A stretch of 64,000 nt of DNA from a virus, in IMG/VR virus record IMGVR_UViG_3300035698_029289, positions 1 to 64,000 of that record. The stretch is one strand, 5' to 3'. Below are positions 36,356 through 48,216 of the stretch, piece by piece. Below the pieces are notes generated by a model. It saw only the letters and a list, made by a program, of their open reading frames with translations, was not told the DNA's origin and did not search any database. The stretch's first letter is position 1. Each line of letters opens with the position of its first letter. A program made the translations under genes and the position numbers.

Positions 36356-36427
36356 TAAAGTACAAATTATTTGCCTATAAACGAATTGTCGTTTAAATCA
36401 TGGGCAGAAAGGAGTGTGAAAAAATAA

Positions 36428-36916
36428 ATGCCATTAGTGAGAATTTTGAAAGATTATGGTCCAACTGAAGGTTGGAGCGTTGGCGACATCGTTGACATTA
36501 CCAATCCGTGGACTTTGATTGATGAGGGAAAGGTTGTTTTAGTAGATGAAAAGGGTAACCCTATGGAGAGGCCTGGTCTTTTGCATTGTCCGATTTGTTC
36601 ATACAATGCTACTACTGCTCTTGATCTAGCTCAACACATTATTGATTTCCACCCTCGCAAGTCGAAGCAACCGCAAGCAATTAGGAAGGGTCTTGTCGAA
36701 AGAAAAGGGAAAATTGAAGCCAAGCCTGGTCTTCCGCCCAAGGAAGCACTGGCAAAAGTAGAAAAAGAAGGAATAGAAGAACAGATAAGTGATGAAGAAG
36801 CCACTGTACAAAAAGAGAAGGTTCGTCGACAAAGGCTTTTGAATTTGGAAAAGGCTCGAGCAGCAAAAAGAGTCATAAAAGCCAGGAAAGAAAAAAAGGA
36901 AGGAAAGAGTGCTTAA
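36428..36916 (+). CDS. hypothetical protein with small beta domain and C2H2 finger
   Basis: VRILKD...GDIVDI...LIDEG; CPIC...H...H. Confidence 0.7.
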   Translation: MPLVRILKDYGPTEGWSVGDIVDITNPWTLIDEGKVVLVDEKGNPMERPGLLHCPICSYNATTALDLAQHIIDFHPRKSKQPQAIRKGLVERKGKIEAKPGLPPKEALAKVEKEGIEEQISDEEATVQKEKVRRQRLLNLEKARAAKRVIKARKEKKEGKSA

Positions 36917-37658
36917 AATCAGCGTAATTAGCCCTAGCGTACGCAAGGCAGGATTAAAGGTTGTTGCTCGATCTTTGGAACGGCAATCATTCCCTCAAGA
37001 AGATTGGGAATGGATTATAGTATCGCCTTTTGATCCTGAAATTTTTTCTATGGATAAAAATTGGTATTGGATTGAAGACCCGCCAAAAAACAAAGGAGAT
37101 TATTGGAACTTAAATAAAGCCTATAACGCTGCTCTTCGAAAAGCAGAAGGACAATTAATTATCAGTTGGCAAGATTGGCTTTGGGCAAAAGAAGATGCAC
37201 TTGAGAAATTTTGGTTTTGGTTCAAGGAAAAAGGAGATAAGTGGGCAGTGACGGGAAGTGGTCATCAATACCAGCGGTTGGATGAGTTCGGCAAGCCGAT
37301 AATTCAAATTTGGACCGATCCGAGAAGGTCTAATGCGACAAAGAATGGTGGGGCCTATGAATGTTCCCCCATAGAATGGGAAATTAACTTTGCTTCAGCA
37401 CCCAGAAAGGCTTTTTATGACATCGGTGGTTTTGACGAGGGCCTTGATAAAATGGCTGGAATGGATAATGTTTCTATTTGTGAAAGAATGGATGAGTTGG
37501 GATACAGGTTTTGGATTGACCACGGGCTAGAATGCCGAGGGATAAAACATGGAAGGCTTCCCGAATGGGATAAAATGCACGCTATGCACGGATTTTATGA
37601 ACAAAGGAAAAAAGAATTGAAATTACAAGGGAAATGGCCTGTTTTGGGTTATTTGTAA
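36909..37658 (+). CDS. GT2 glycosyltransferase
   Basis: KISVISP, AYNAAL, WQD, IGGFDE. Confidence 0.85.
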   Translation: MLKISVISPSVRKAGLKVVARSLERQSFPQEDWEWIIVSPFDPEIFSMDKNWYWIEDPPKNKGDYWNLNKAYNAALRKAEGQLIISWQDWLWAKEDALEKFWFWFKEKGDKWAVTGSGHQYQRLDEFGKPIIQIWTDPRRSNATKNGGAYECSPIEWEINFASAPRKAFYDIGGFDEGLDKMAGMDNVSICERMDELGYRFWIDHGLECRGIKHGRLPEWDKMHAMHGFYEQRKKELKLQGKWPVLGYL

Positions 37659-37659
37659 C

Positions 37660-37760
37660 TTGACAGGATCCCTTTAATTTAGTTAGAATGATTTAATACC
37701 TCCGAAGCAGCAAATTGCTAGGGGGGAACAAGAGACAAATTTTATTTGTCTTTTTTTGTT
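37660..37760 (+). promoter_or_regulatory. late leader 2
   Basis: TTGACA-18-TAGAAT; CCTCC-GA-AGCA-GCAAAT-TGCT-A-GGGGG; terminator AGACAAAT/ATTTGTCT-TTTTTT. Confidence 0.8.
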
Positions 37761-37763
37761 GCC

Positions 37764-38316
37764 ATGAATGATGAGATAGTTACCACACCATTGCCAGAAG
37801 GGAAAGAAAAATTGGGGAAAGATCGGCCCGAGACGGAACAGGAAGTTAGAGTAACAAAACAACTAGAGCAATTTCAAACAGAAAAGAAAGAAAAAATTGC
37901 TAAGCCAATCTATAAAAAAGAGCCTCCCGTAAAAGCAGAGGTCGAAGAAAAAGTCAAGGAAGCAGTTGAAGAGGAGGTCAAAGAAAAAGAGCCAGTTGTT
38001 TCTCCGGAAGACTATTACTTGACTGATCCTCTTTTTTATAAAGTGGCGAATTATTTCGGGCTAGCACAAAGAGATTGGAGCATTGCCAAAGACAAATTGT
38101 CTGTGATTGTTGACTGGGCTGTTCTTAGAACTCAATCACGGAAAGCCGCTGATGTTTTAACAGCGATTCGTGCATTAGAGGATGAGATTACCTCGCCTGG
38201 TCTGGGAGAAAGAAGATATGCCAATGTTCACAAATTTGTTCGCTTATTGGGTCAAAAAGAATCTTTAGAAAAAGAGTTAAAAGTTTATAAAAAACATGAA
38301 GTAAAGGAGGTGGTAA

Positions 38317-38324
<8 letters not shown>
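37764..38324 (+). CDS. hypothetical protein
   Basis: ATG 37764 follows leader 2. Confidence 0.7.
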
Positions 38325-40639
<2,315 letters not shown>

Positions 40640-40674
40640 GTTGACATAACATAAAGTTATGCTATACTTAAAGC

Positions 40675-41175
40675 ATGGCAAAAGTGAGACTGAATAAATA
40701 TATAGATTGTGGAGATTACTACGAAGTTATCCTCACAAATAAGGATAGAAAAGAAATTGCTAGGGCGAAAGTTGATAAAGGGGATGTGGAGAAGGTGAAA
40801 ATATGCCGATGGGGGTTAAATAGCACTACGGGAACTACGCAAGGGTGGGTAAATAAAAGGATGACTGCTATGCACATAGTTATTTTGGGAAAGAAGGATG
40901 GCTATGTAACAGACCATATAAATCATGATGTGTTGGACAATCGGAGAAGTAACATACGGCACGCAACGAAAAGTCAGAATGCAATGAATCAGCGGGATGT
41001 CGCTGGTGTTTATTTTGTCAAGCGGGTTACAGTAAAGACAAAAAAGTGGGCTGCGCAAATTTACAAAGATGGCAAGCACATTACTCTTGGATACTTTTTA
41101 ACAAGGGAAGAAGCCACGAAAGCTAGAAGGGAAGCAGAAAAAAAGTATTATGAAGAATTTGCTTATAGGGATTAA
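40675..41175 (+). CDS. HNH-AP2 homing endonuclease
   Basis: DHINHDVLDNRRSNIR; GVYF...KWAAQI...LGYF...EEA..ARREAE; promoter TTGACA(40641)-16-TATACT. Confidence 0.92.
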   Translation: MAKVRLNKYIDCGDYYEVILTNKDRKEIARAKVDKGDVEKVKICRWGLNSTTGTTQGWVNKRMTAMHIVILGKKDGYVTDHINHDVLDNRRSNIRHATKSQNAMNQRDVAGVYFVKRVTVKTKKWAAQIYKDGKHITLGYFLTREEATKARREAEKKYYEEFAYRD

Positions 41176-41195
41176 TTTTATTACTCATACTTAAA

Positions 41196-41972
41196 ATGGC
41201 TCAAAAATATTGGTCAAAACTAGAAGATGATGGCGACATAACTACTCCTGAGGTTGGTCCTGCTGGGACGAAGGATGGCTCTCCTACATATGTAGCCTGT
41301 AAATTTAATAATGGGATTTATGTTGATGTTGATGCGGAGGGCTATCATTTCCCTAACAATCCGACAGTTATTACAGGAGCTACTAAAGGGACAGTCGAAT
41401 TTTGGATAAAACCAGACTTTGACCTTGTAAATGGAATCCCTGCTACTGCAAGGCATCATATGTTTGTTGAGTATAACCCCGCTGGAAGTGCTTGGTTGCT
41501 TTTTTATATTCATGGTGGTGAGGGAATTAGAATTTATAGAGCGGATGATTCTAATGTAGCAGTAGACGCAGTAGATTCAACAACAGACTGGACAGCGGGA
41601 GATTTAGTTCACCTTGCTTTTGTCTGGGATGCAGCTGCAGGCTTTGATAGCACTAAGACCCTAGCTGTTTATGTTAATGGCGTTCAAACTGCTTCTAGCA
41701 CAACTGCCCTAGGAACATTTACTGATGATACTTCTGATATTCATGTAGGGTGGTGGCCAACGGTAGCAGACAAGGAAATGGACAGTGCTTTGGACAACCT
41801 CAAGATTCATGATGTTGCCAAGACTGATTTTTCGGATAAGGATACTGAGGATACTTCACCAGTAGTAGGCCCTCCCGGCATCAAAACAATCAACGACCTT
41901 GCTATAGCCAGTATTAAAACTGTAAATGATGTGGCGATTGGTTCAGTAAAAACAATTCAGGATGCTTCGTGA
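41196..41972 (+). CDS. LamG/ConA-like domain virion protein
   Basis: GTVEFWIKP, HLAFVWD, VYVNG, LDNLKI; terminal IKTIND repeats. Confidence 0.8.
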   Translation: MAQKYWSKLEDDGDITTPEVGPAGTKDGSPTYVACKFNNGIYVDVDAEGYHFPNNPTVITGATKGTVEFWIKPDFDLVNGIPATARHHMFVEYNPAGSAWLLFYIHGGEGIRIYRADDSNVAVDAVDSTTDWTAGDLVHLAFVWDAAAGFDSTKTLAVYVNGVQTASSTTALGTFTDDTSDIHVGWWPTVADKEMDSALDNLKIHDVAKTDFSDKDTEDTSPVVGPPGIKTINDLAIASIKTVNDVAIGSVKTIQDAS

Positions 41973-41992
41973 TATAATGATTTTTAGAGTTT

Positions 41993-43063
41993 ATGCGACA
42001 AACATGGGAACAGGCTCAAAAGTGGGAAAAGGATTGGCAAGGTAACTGCGTCAATAGAGTTGCTGGCGAATTAAACCATGTTCAAAACATTGCTCCCAAA
42101 ATGGGCCTGAAACTTTCCTCAAACTACAGCGTTGATTTGAAAGGCATCCGTGTATTAGACATCGGTGGGGGCTCGGTTTCAATACTCCTCCAATGTACCA
42201 ATGTGAAAGGCAAGGTGGTTGACCCGCTTAAATATCCGGATTGGGTTTATGCTCGCTATGATTGTGCTGGAATAGAATGGGAGATTAAAAAGGGCGAGGA
42301 TATTGATGAAATTGGTTACGATGAAGTGTGGATTTATAATTGCCTTCAACACACAGAGAATCCCAAAAAGATAGTTGAGAACGCTAAGAAGGCTGGCAAG
42401 CTAATTAGAATGTATGAGTGGGTAGATATTCCAGTTAGCGATGGACATATTCATACTTTGAGGGAAAACGAGTTGAATGAATGGCTAGGGGGTGAAGGGA
42501 GAGTGGAATTAAACGACAAGGGTTTTAAGCGCTATTTTGGAATATTTCCAACCAATGTTAATACTAAAGAATACTGGAATGACATTCATCGAAGAGATGG
42601 CAAAGATACTTGGCGGGTAAAAGATGAGTTGAACGATTATGTTTTAAGCAAAGTAAAGGGGTCTGTTTTAGAACTAGGCTGTGGGGTTGGAGTATTTGCC
42701 CGCAAGGTTAAGGATAAATACTTGGGCTTGGATATTTCTCCTGTTGCAGTCAGGATAATGAAAGAGCAAGGTTTTAATGCCGAGGTAAGGAATATTCCAC
42801 CAATCAACACAGGCAAATTTGATACAATAGTTGGCCTGGAGTTTCTGGAACATATAGACGATAGGTTGAAAGTAATCAAAGAAGCTAGTAAACTTTGTCA
42901 ACAAGCAATTTTCTCAGTACCCGATGACTGTATGCCACCAGAGGAAATAGCAGAGCATAGGGTAATGTTTAATAAAGAATCGTTTAAAAAGTTCTTGGAA
43001 AAGGCTTTTGAGAATGTAGAAATTGTCTCAATAGATAAGTATTTAGTGGGAGTTTGCAAATGA
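41993..43063 (+). CDS. tandem two-domain SAM methyltransferase
   Basis: VLDIGGG...NCLQH and VLELGCGVG...LEFLEH. Confidence 0.88.
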   Translation: MRQTWEQAQKWEKDWQGNCVNRVAGELNHVQNIAPKMGLKLSSNYSVDLKGIRVLDIGGGSVSILLQCTNVKGKVVDPLKYPDWVYARYDCAGIEWEIKKGEDIDEIGYDEVWIYNCLQHTENPKKIVENAKKAGKLIRMYEWVDIPVSDGHIHTLRENELNEWLGGEGRVELNDKGFKRYFGIFPTNVNTKEYWNDIHRRDGKDTWRVKDELNDYVLSKVKGSVLELGCGVGVFARKVKDKYLGLDISPVAVRIMKEQGFNAEVRNIPPINTGKFDTIVGLEFLEHIDDRLKVIKEASKLCQQAIFSVPDDCMPPEEIAEHRVMFNKESFKKFLEKAFENVEIVSIDKYLVGVCK

Positions 43064-43707
43064 GTAACTATAATAAAGAATCCAATGTTCTTTTCATACA
43101 CAATTCAAGGGTTGTAGGAACGGCTATGGAAGTTCGGAAAGAGATTGGTGGTGGTGGGCATCATAACATTTATTATTTTAAGCAACGGCTAACAGATAAA
43201 GAATTTGAAGAAGCGTTTAAGTTTGCTTTTGTTAGAAACCCCTTTGATCGTGTTGTTGCAGCATTTCTCCGTAACGAAATCAGGTGTAAAGGCTTCAATC
43301 TTAAAAATACAAAGAAAGCACTCGCCGATTGGTTTAGAGATGAGCCAAAGAATGATCACCTTTCTTATTCTGAAAAGGGCTTGCGTGCCACATTGAATGT
43401 TAAGGTGGGAGTATCACAGATTGGGCTAATGTCTTTTGCTCCACAGTGGTATTACCTCTGTGATGAAGATGGAAATATTCCACTAGATTTCATTGGTCGC
43501 TTTGAGAATAAGGAATCAGATTGGAAGAAAGTATGTAAAACTTTAAACATTGAATATAAGAAACTTTCACTTATGATGTTTGACCGTCATTATGACCAGT
43601 CTTTGTATCGTGATTATTACACACCAGAGTCGGAAGCTCTTGTTAGGGAAGTGTATAAGCGTGATTTTGAGCTATTTGATTATTCGGAGGACTTATGGGC
43701 AAAATAG
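43060..43707 (+). CDS. carbohydrate sulfotransferase (Sulfotransfer_2-like)
   Basis: FIH, FKFAFVRNPFDR, LDFIGRFE, Y..DFELFDY. Confidence 0.85.
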   Translation: MSNYNKESNVLFIHNSRVVGTAMEVRKEIGGGGHHNIYYFKQRLTDKEFEEAFKFAFVRNPFDRVVAAFLRNEIRCKGFNLKNTKKALADWFRDEPKNDHLSYSEKGLRATLNVKVGVSQIGLMSFAPQWYYLCDEDGNIPLDFIGRFENKESDWKKVCKTLNIEYKKLSLMMFDRHYDQSLYRDYYTPESEALVREVYKRDFELFDYSEDLWAK

Positions 43708-45533
43708 CAATCTGTATCGCCAGCTATAATTCTGCCAGGTTTCTTCCGGCGTTGTTCGATAGTTTGAAAAAGCAAACCTTCAAGGATTTCAAGGTTTATA
43801 TTGTTTATGATGGTTCTACTGATAACACACTGGAGATAATCAAAAAGTATCAAAAAGAACTTTCGATTGTGGTTGCCGATTATAAACCAACAGCGAGGGT
43901 GGGGTTAAACAAAAACCGAGTAGTGGCTATGGCTCTGCGGGACAAACCAAATTATATCCAAATGATAGATGCTGATGATAAGGTTCTGCCTCGGTTTTTA
44001 GAGGTCGGAGTAGAGAGAATAAAAAAAGGCGATGTTGATTGGGTGATTACTTGGGGAAGGTTATTTGGAGGCAGGAAGGGTTATATCCACAGCGAAATCC
44101 CTACTTTAGATGAGTTAATGAAGGATAATAACAAACTTCATAGTTGGGGAATGTTCAAGAGTGAGATTTTAGAGAATCGCAATTTCTCTAAAAAACTCAC
44201 TAGCGGAGTAGATTGGAAACTTTGGATTGATTTGACAGATGATGGCTGTAAGGGAACTATTATTAAAAAGGAACTATATTTGAAAAGGTGGCATGATAAG
44301 AGCATAACCGTTGTTGAAGGGAAGAAGGAGAAGAAACATTTTAGATTTCACCTTTTGGGCTTGGTTCATCTTCCGTGTACTAGAAAGTATATGAGCTGTG
44401 CTTTTACTCAGAAGAATTATAAGTTGGCTCAGATGCTTCTCTCCTTGGGACACGAAGTTATCTATTATGGCGCGGAAGGATCAAATGTTCCTTGCACTAA
44501 ATTTGTTCAAACTCATACTTTGAGAGATATTCGGCAGGACTATGGTGATGGCGACAATCGTTTTGAGATAGGCTACGATTGGACTAATTGCGATTTTCGG
44601 CACGACTTCAATACCAAAAGGAAACCAGCGACTTTGAAGTTTTACGCCAAATGTATTGAGGAGATAAATAAGGCTAAGAAAGATGATGATTTCCTTTTAT
44701 GTACCCAGGGGCCATATTTCAAGCCGATCGCCAATGCTGTTAATCTTTTCTTGACTTGTGAGCCAGGAATAGGCTATAGGGGTTCTTATATGAAGTTCAG
44801 AGCTTTTGAAAGTTCTTACATTCAGAGTTTTACTTATGGATCAGAGCATCCCAGACAATGTATTAATGGCAGTTATTATGACCGAGTGATTCCTAATTAC
44901 TTTGATCCAAAAGATTTTGAGTATTCTGACAAAAAAGACGATTACTATTTCTTCATTGGCCGGATGATCAAGAGAAAAGGGATAATGACTGCTTATTTAG
45001 TTTGTGAGTATTTAAAAAAGAAGCTTATCATTGCCGGGCAAGGTGCTCATGTTGATAAGCGAGGTTATCTTATTCCCAATAAAAATCCCGATTTTGAGTT
45101 GCCACCAGGACATTGGGAGTATGTGGGCTTTGTTGATGTTCCTAAGAGGAAAAAGCTAATGGCTCATGCCATTGCTACTTTCACTCCCACCGAGTATCTT
45201 GAATGTTTTGCCGGTACTCATGTTGAGTCAATGCTTTCAGGCACGCCTCCAATCACCACTAATTTCGCTGTTTTCCCTGGGACTTTGCCTGATTATTTCG
45301 CTAATGGAATAGTGGGTTTTCGGTGTAATACACTAAACGATTTTGTTGAGGCTGCTAAAAAGGCCCAAAAGATGACTAAAAAAGACTATCGGAAAATAAG
45401 GAAATATGGGGAGAGATTTTTGATGGACAATGTTAAATGGGAGTTTGAAAAGTGGTTTCGCGACCTCATGATGGTTTACGAATCGGCGATTGATTCAACT
45501 AAGAAGGGGTGGCATAGAATATATGGTATTTAA
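43695..45533 (+). CDS. GT2-GT4 fusion glycosyltransferase
   Basis: YNSARFL, DGSTD, IDADD; FIGRMIKRKG, YLECFAGTHVESMLSGTP. Confidence 0.9.
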   Translation: MGKIAICIASYNSARFLPALFDSLKKQTFKDFKVYIVYDGSTDNTLEIIKKYQKELSIVVADYKPTARVGLNKNRVVAMALRDKPNYIQMIDADDKVLPRFLEVGVERIKKGDVDWVITWGRLFGGRKGYIHSEIPTLDELMKDNNKLHSWGMFKSEILENRNFSKKLTSGVDWKLWIDLTDDGCKGTIIKKELYLKRWHDKSITVVEGKKEKKHFRFHLLGLVHLPCTRKYMSCAFTQKNYKLAQMLLSLGHEVIYYGAEGSNVPCTKFVQTHTLRDIRQDYGDGDNRFEIGYDWTNCDFRHDFNTKRKPATLKFYAKCIEEINKAKKDDDFLLCTQGPYFKPIANAVNLFLTCEPGIGYRGSYMKFRAFESSYIQSFTYGSEHPRQCINGSYYDRVIPNYFDPKDFEYSDKKDDYYFFIGRMIKRKGIMTAYLVCEYLKKKLIIAGQGAHVDKRGYLIPNKNPDFELPPGHWEYVGFVDVPKRKKLMAHAIATFTPTEYLECFAGTHVESMLSGTPPITTNFAVFPGTLPDYFANGIVGFRCNTLNDFVEAAKKAQKMTKKDYRKIRKYGERFLMDNVKWEFEKWFRDLMMVYESAIDSTKKGWHRIYGI

Positions 45534-45571
45534 AATTAGTAATTAGTTTTTTAGAAAGGAGGTGAAGAAGC

Positions 45572-45772
45572 ATGGATGGTGGATATGGTGGCATTATTGT
45601 TCTTGCCGATAAAATTAGAGACTTGGAGAGAGGCCGGTCGAGGTTAAATCGCAAAATTGATGCCTTGGCTGAAGCACTAGGGAAAACAATGGAATTGGTA
45701 CCCGAAAGATATGAGGTGCAAGATATTGAGAAAACAGAGGAGGAAGTAGCAGAAACCCCAGCAGAATATTAA
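45572..45772 (+). CDS. small coiled-coil protein
   Basis: RBS AAAGGAGGTGA. Confidence 0.65.
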   Translation: MDGGYGGIIVLADKIRDLERGRSRLNRKIDALAEALGKTMELVPERYEVQDIEKTEEEVAETPAEY

Positions 45773-45777
45773 TTCCC

Positions 45778-45876
45778 TTGACAAAGGATAATTATCCTTA
45801 GTATAGTTAAATTACATATTCTCCGAAGCAGCAAATTGCTAGGAGAAGGCAAGCTTTATTGGCTTGCCTTTTTTGT
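45778..45876 (+). promoter_or_regulatory. late leader 3
   Basis: TTGACA-18-TATAGT; TTCTCC-GA-AGCA-GCAAAT-TGCT-A-GGAGAA; terminator AAGGCAAGC/GCTTGCCTT-TTTT. Confidence 0.82.
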
Positions 45877-45910
45877 TGATTTATCAATACCGCGAAGGAG
45901 GTGAAAATTT

Positions 45911-46228
45911 ATGGGAGATTTAGTAAACCTATGGGGAGAATCAGGTCGAAGTATCATCAATGATGACACATCGCCAACCCTTACTCTTAAAAATATAGAG
46001 TCTACTGCTACCACTGGTGGCAGTGCTCTTCAAGTTGAGGCTTTGGGTACTGGTCCTACTCTTAATGTTATAGTTTCAGGAACTTCTGGAACAACTCTTA
46101 AATTGAACAACCTTGCAAAAGGTTATGTCTCAACTAACTCATTATCTACTATTTCCTATGCCATGAGGGTAGACATTGGTGGAGTGATTTTTTACATGCC
46201 AGTTTATCTCGGTGTAGAAATAGCATAA
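45911..46228 (+). CDS. short fibre-like virion protein
   Basis: Ser/Thr-rich; C-terminus paralogous to next gene. Confidence 0.7.
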   Translation: MGDLVNLWGESGRSIINDDTSPTLTLKNIESTATTGGSALQVEALGTGPTLNVIVSGTSGTTLKLNNLAKGYVSTNSLSTISYAMRVDIGGVIFYMPVYLGVEIA

Positions 46229-46292
46229 AGAGAGTAAAAAAGTTTAAAAGTTTTATTTCCGGATCACTCATAATTAAGGAGGTGATAAGTAT

Positions 46293-46895
46293 ATGCAGTT
46301 TTTACGTAACGAAAGTCAGGAAGCAAGAGCGGCTTATGAAAACCTCTTGAAGTCATCGGAGGGTGGTTATGTTAATGCCACTGGTGACACAATGACAGGT
46401 AATCTTATAGTGCCTACAGTGACAATTACTAGCTTGGTTTCTGGAGCACGATTTCAAGGAAAAGACATTATCCTTTCCAGCCTTGCTTCAATAAGAAGGG
46501 TGGAATCAGTTCTTTATCGAGGAATAAATCAAGTTCTAACCAGCATTGCTTCTATTGCAAGGGTGGAATCCCCTTATTATGAAGGAATCAAGTTGAATAT
46601 TACAAGCTTGATTTCTGCGGCAAGGGTTAAAACCCTAAGAGCAGACACCATTCATCTTAACGTATCAAGCTTAGCTTCTATAGCTAGGGTTGGTGGAAAA
46701 GTTGAAGTTTGGTCTGATCTTGCTGGCCCAGCGATTGATTTCAATGTCTCTGGACCGTCTGGAACAGTTTTCAAGATAGGCAATATCGAACAAGGTTATG
46801 TCTCAACTAACTCAACAGCGACTATTTCCTTTGCTATGAGGGTTGATATTGGCGGAACAATTTATTATATGCCAGTTTATTTGGGCAAAGCCTAA
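46293..46895 (+). CDS. fibre-like virion protein
   Basis: YVNATGDTMTGNL motif; SLAS/SIAR repeats. Confidence 0.75.
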   Translation: MQFLRNESQEARAAYENLLKSSEGGYVNATGDTMTGNLIVPTVTITSLVSGARFQGKDIILSSLASIRRVESVLYRGINQVLTSIASIARVESPYYEGIKLNITSLISAARVKTLRADTIHLNVSSLASIARVGGKVEVWSDLAGPAIDFNVSGPSGTVFKIGNIEQGYVSTNSTATISFAMRVDIGGTIYYMPVYLGKA

Positions 46896-46912
46896 TAAGG
46901 AAGTTTGATAAA

Positions 46913-47530
46913 ATGGCCTTGTGTAAATGCGGTTGCGGTCGTGAAACAAAAATTGTTTGTGGTAAACCAAATCGGTTTATTCATGGGCATAGTGGGAATT
47001 TTTATAAAAATGGGCACGAGTTTCAAGGAGACATAGCAAGGTCAAACTATTTCAAAAAAGGTTACACTCCTTGGAACAAAGATAAAAAAGGGGTTTTTTC
47101 TGTGGAAGCACGTAAAAAACAATCAGAAGCCGCCAAAAATCAAAAAAATAGAAATATTGAGGGATTGAAATTAGGCTGGGGATATTGGAGGGATAAACAT
47201 AACCCACATATGGTTGGAGAAAAGAATCCTAATTACAAAGGAGGCATTAGTAAAATTAAAAAGAATAGTCGTCGATTAGACATGGAAACGCTTGAGTATA
47301 AACAATGGCGAAGAGCGGTTTTTAAGAGAGATTATTGGACATGTTTGTCTTGTGGTGAGTCTAAGGGTGGAAATTTTATAGCTCACCATATTAAAAAATA
47401 TGATGACTATCCTTCTTTAAAATATAATGTTGATAATGGATTTACACTTTGTGGAAAATGTCACCTATTTACATATGGGTATGAAGAAGATTATGAAAAA
47501 TATTTTTTGGAGATATTAAAATGGCAATAA
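46913..47530 (+). CDS. HNH endonuclease (NUMOD-type N-terminus)
   Basis: CKCGCG, PWNK, WRRAVFKRDYWTC..C, AHHI, NGFTLCGKCH. Confidence 0.9.
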   Translation: MALCKCGCGRETKIVCGKPNRFIHGHSGNFYKNGHEFQGDIARSNYFKKGYTPWNKDKKGVFSVEARKKQSEAAKNQKNRNIEGLKLGWGYWRDKHNPHMVGEKNPNYKGGISKIKKNSRRLDMETLEYKQWRRAVFKRDYWTCLSCGESKGGNFIAHHIKKYDDYPSLKYNVDNGFTLCGKCHLFTYGYEEDYEKYFLEILKWQ

Positions 47531-48213
47531 CAGTAGACGAGGTACAAAGTCGCATAGCAAGTTTAGTTGATCAGTCAATAACTACTCCTACTCAAACAGG
47601 GAGTGAATATGCGCTAAGATTGAAATATCTGAATCGGGCTATCTCCGAATGGGGACAAGCCTTTGATTGGGAAGCGTTGCGGAAAGATTATTGGCCTGGG
47701 GTAACGGGAGTTTCTCAGGCCTCCATTTCTTTGCCTGACGATTTTCATAAAGTGGCGGGTTTCCCCCTATATTATTCGGGTGGAGTATCCGGAGGTGAAG
47801 AGCGGGAGGTTATTAATGCAGAAGCAACAAAGCTGTATTCTAGCACCGACAAATACTGCTATGTGCTGGGGGACAGGGCAAATGGTCACACCCTAGTCTG
47901 GAGCCCCGGGACGCTAGCTTCTGGCGCCTCTCTGAAGATTCCTTACTATTCTTATGTAACCTCCGTTGCTTCGCCGGCGAATGAAATTATCGTGTCCGAC
48001 CCAGGGTTTGTGGTTAATCGAGTAATTGCCTATATTTTCGAAAGCCGGTCGGATGAGAGGTTTCAGGAAACAGAAGTGAAAGCCCGGGAAAGTTTAATTG
48101 AGATGATTAATTCGGAACAAGTACGGAAATTCTCTTCGTATGGGGCAGGAACGAGCAAAAATGTACAAGGAGATCTCCGGCTCTACCACGGTTTTAGGGT
48201 GGGCCGGGATTAG
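47521..48213 (+). CDS. head-tail adaptor / tail tubular A-like protein
   Basis: LNRAI..W, SLPDDF; sits before nozzle gene. Confidence 0.65.
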   Translation: MAITVDEVQSRIASLVDQSITTPTQTGSEYALRLKYLNRAISEWGQAFDWEALRKDYWPGVTGVSQASISLPDDFHKVAGFPLYYSGGVSGGEEREVINAEATKLYSSTDKYCYVLGDRANGHTLVWSPGTLASGASLKIPYYSYVTSVASPANEIIVSDPGFVVNRVIAYIFESRSDERFQETEVKARESLIEMINSEQVRKFSSYGAGTSKNVQGDLRLYHGFRVGRD

Positions 48214-48216
48214 GCT

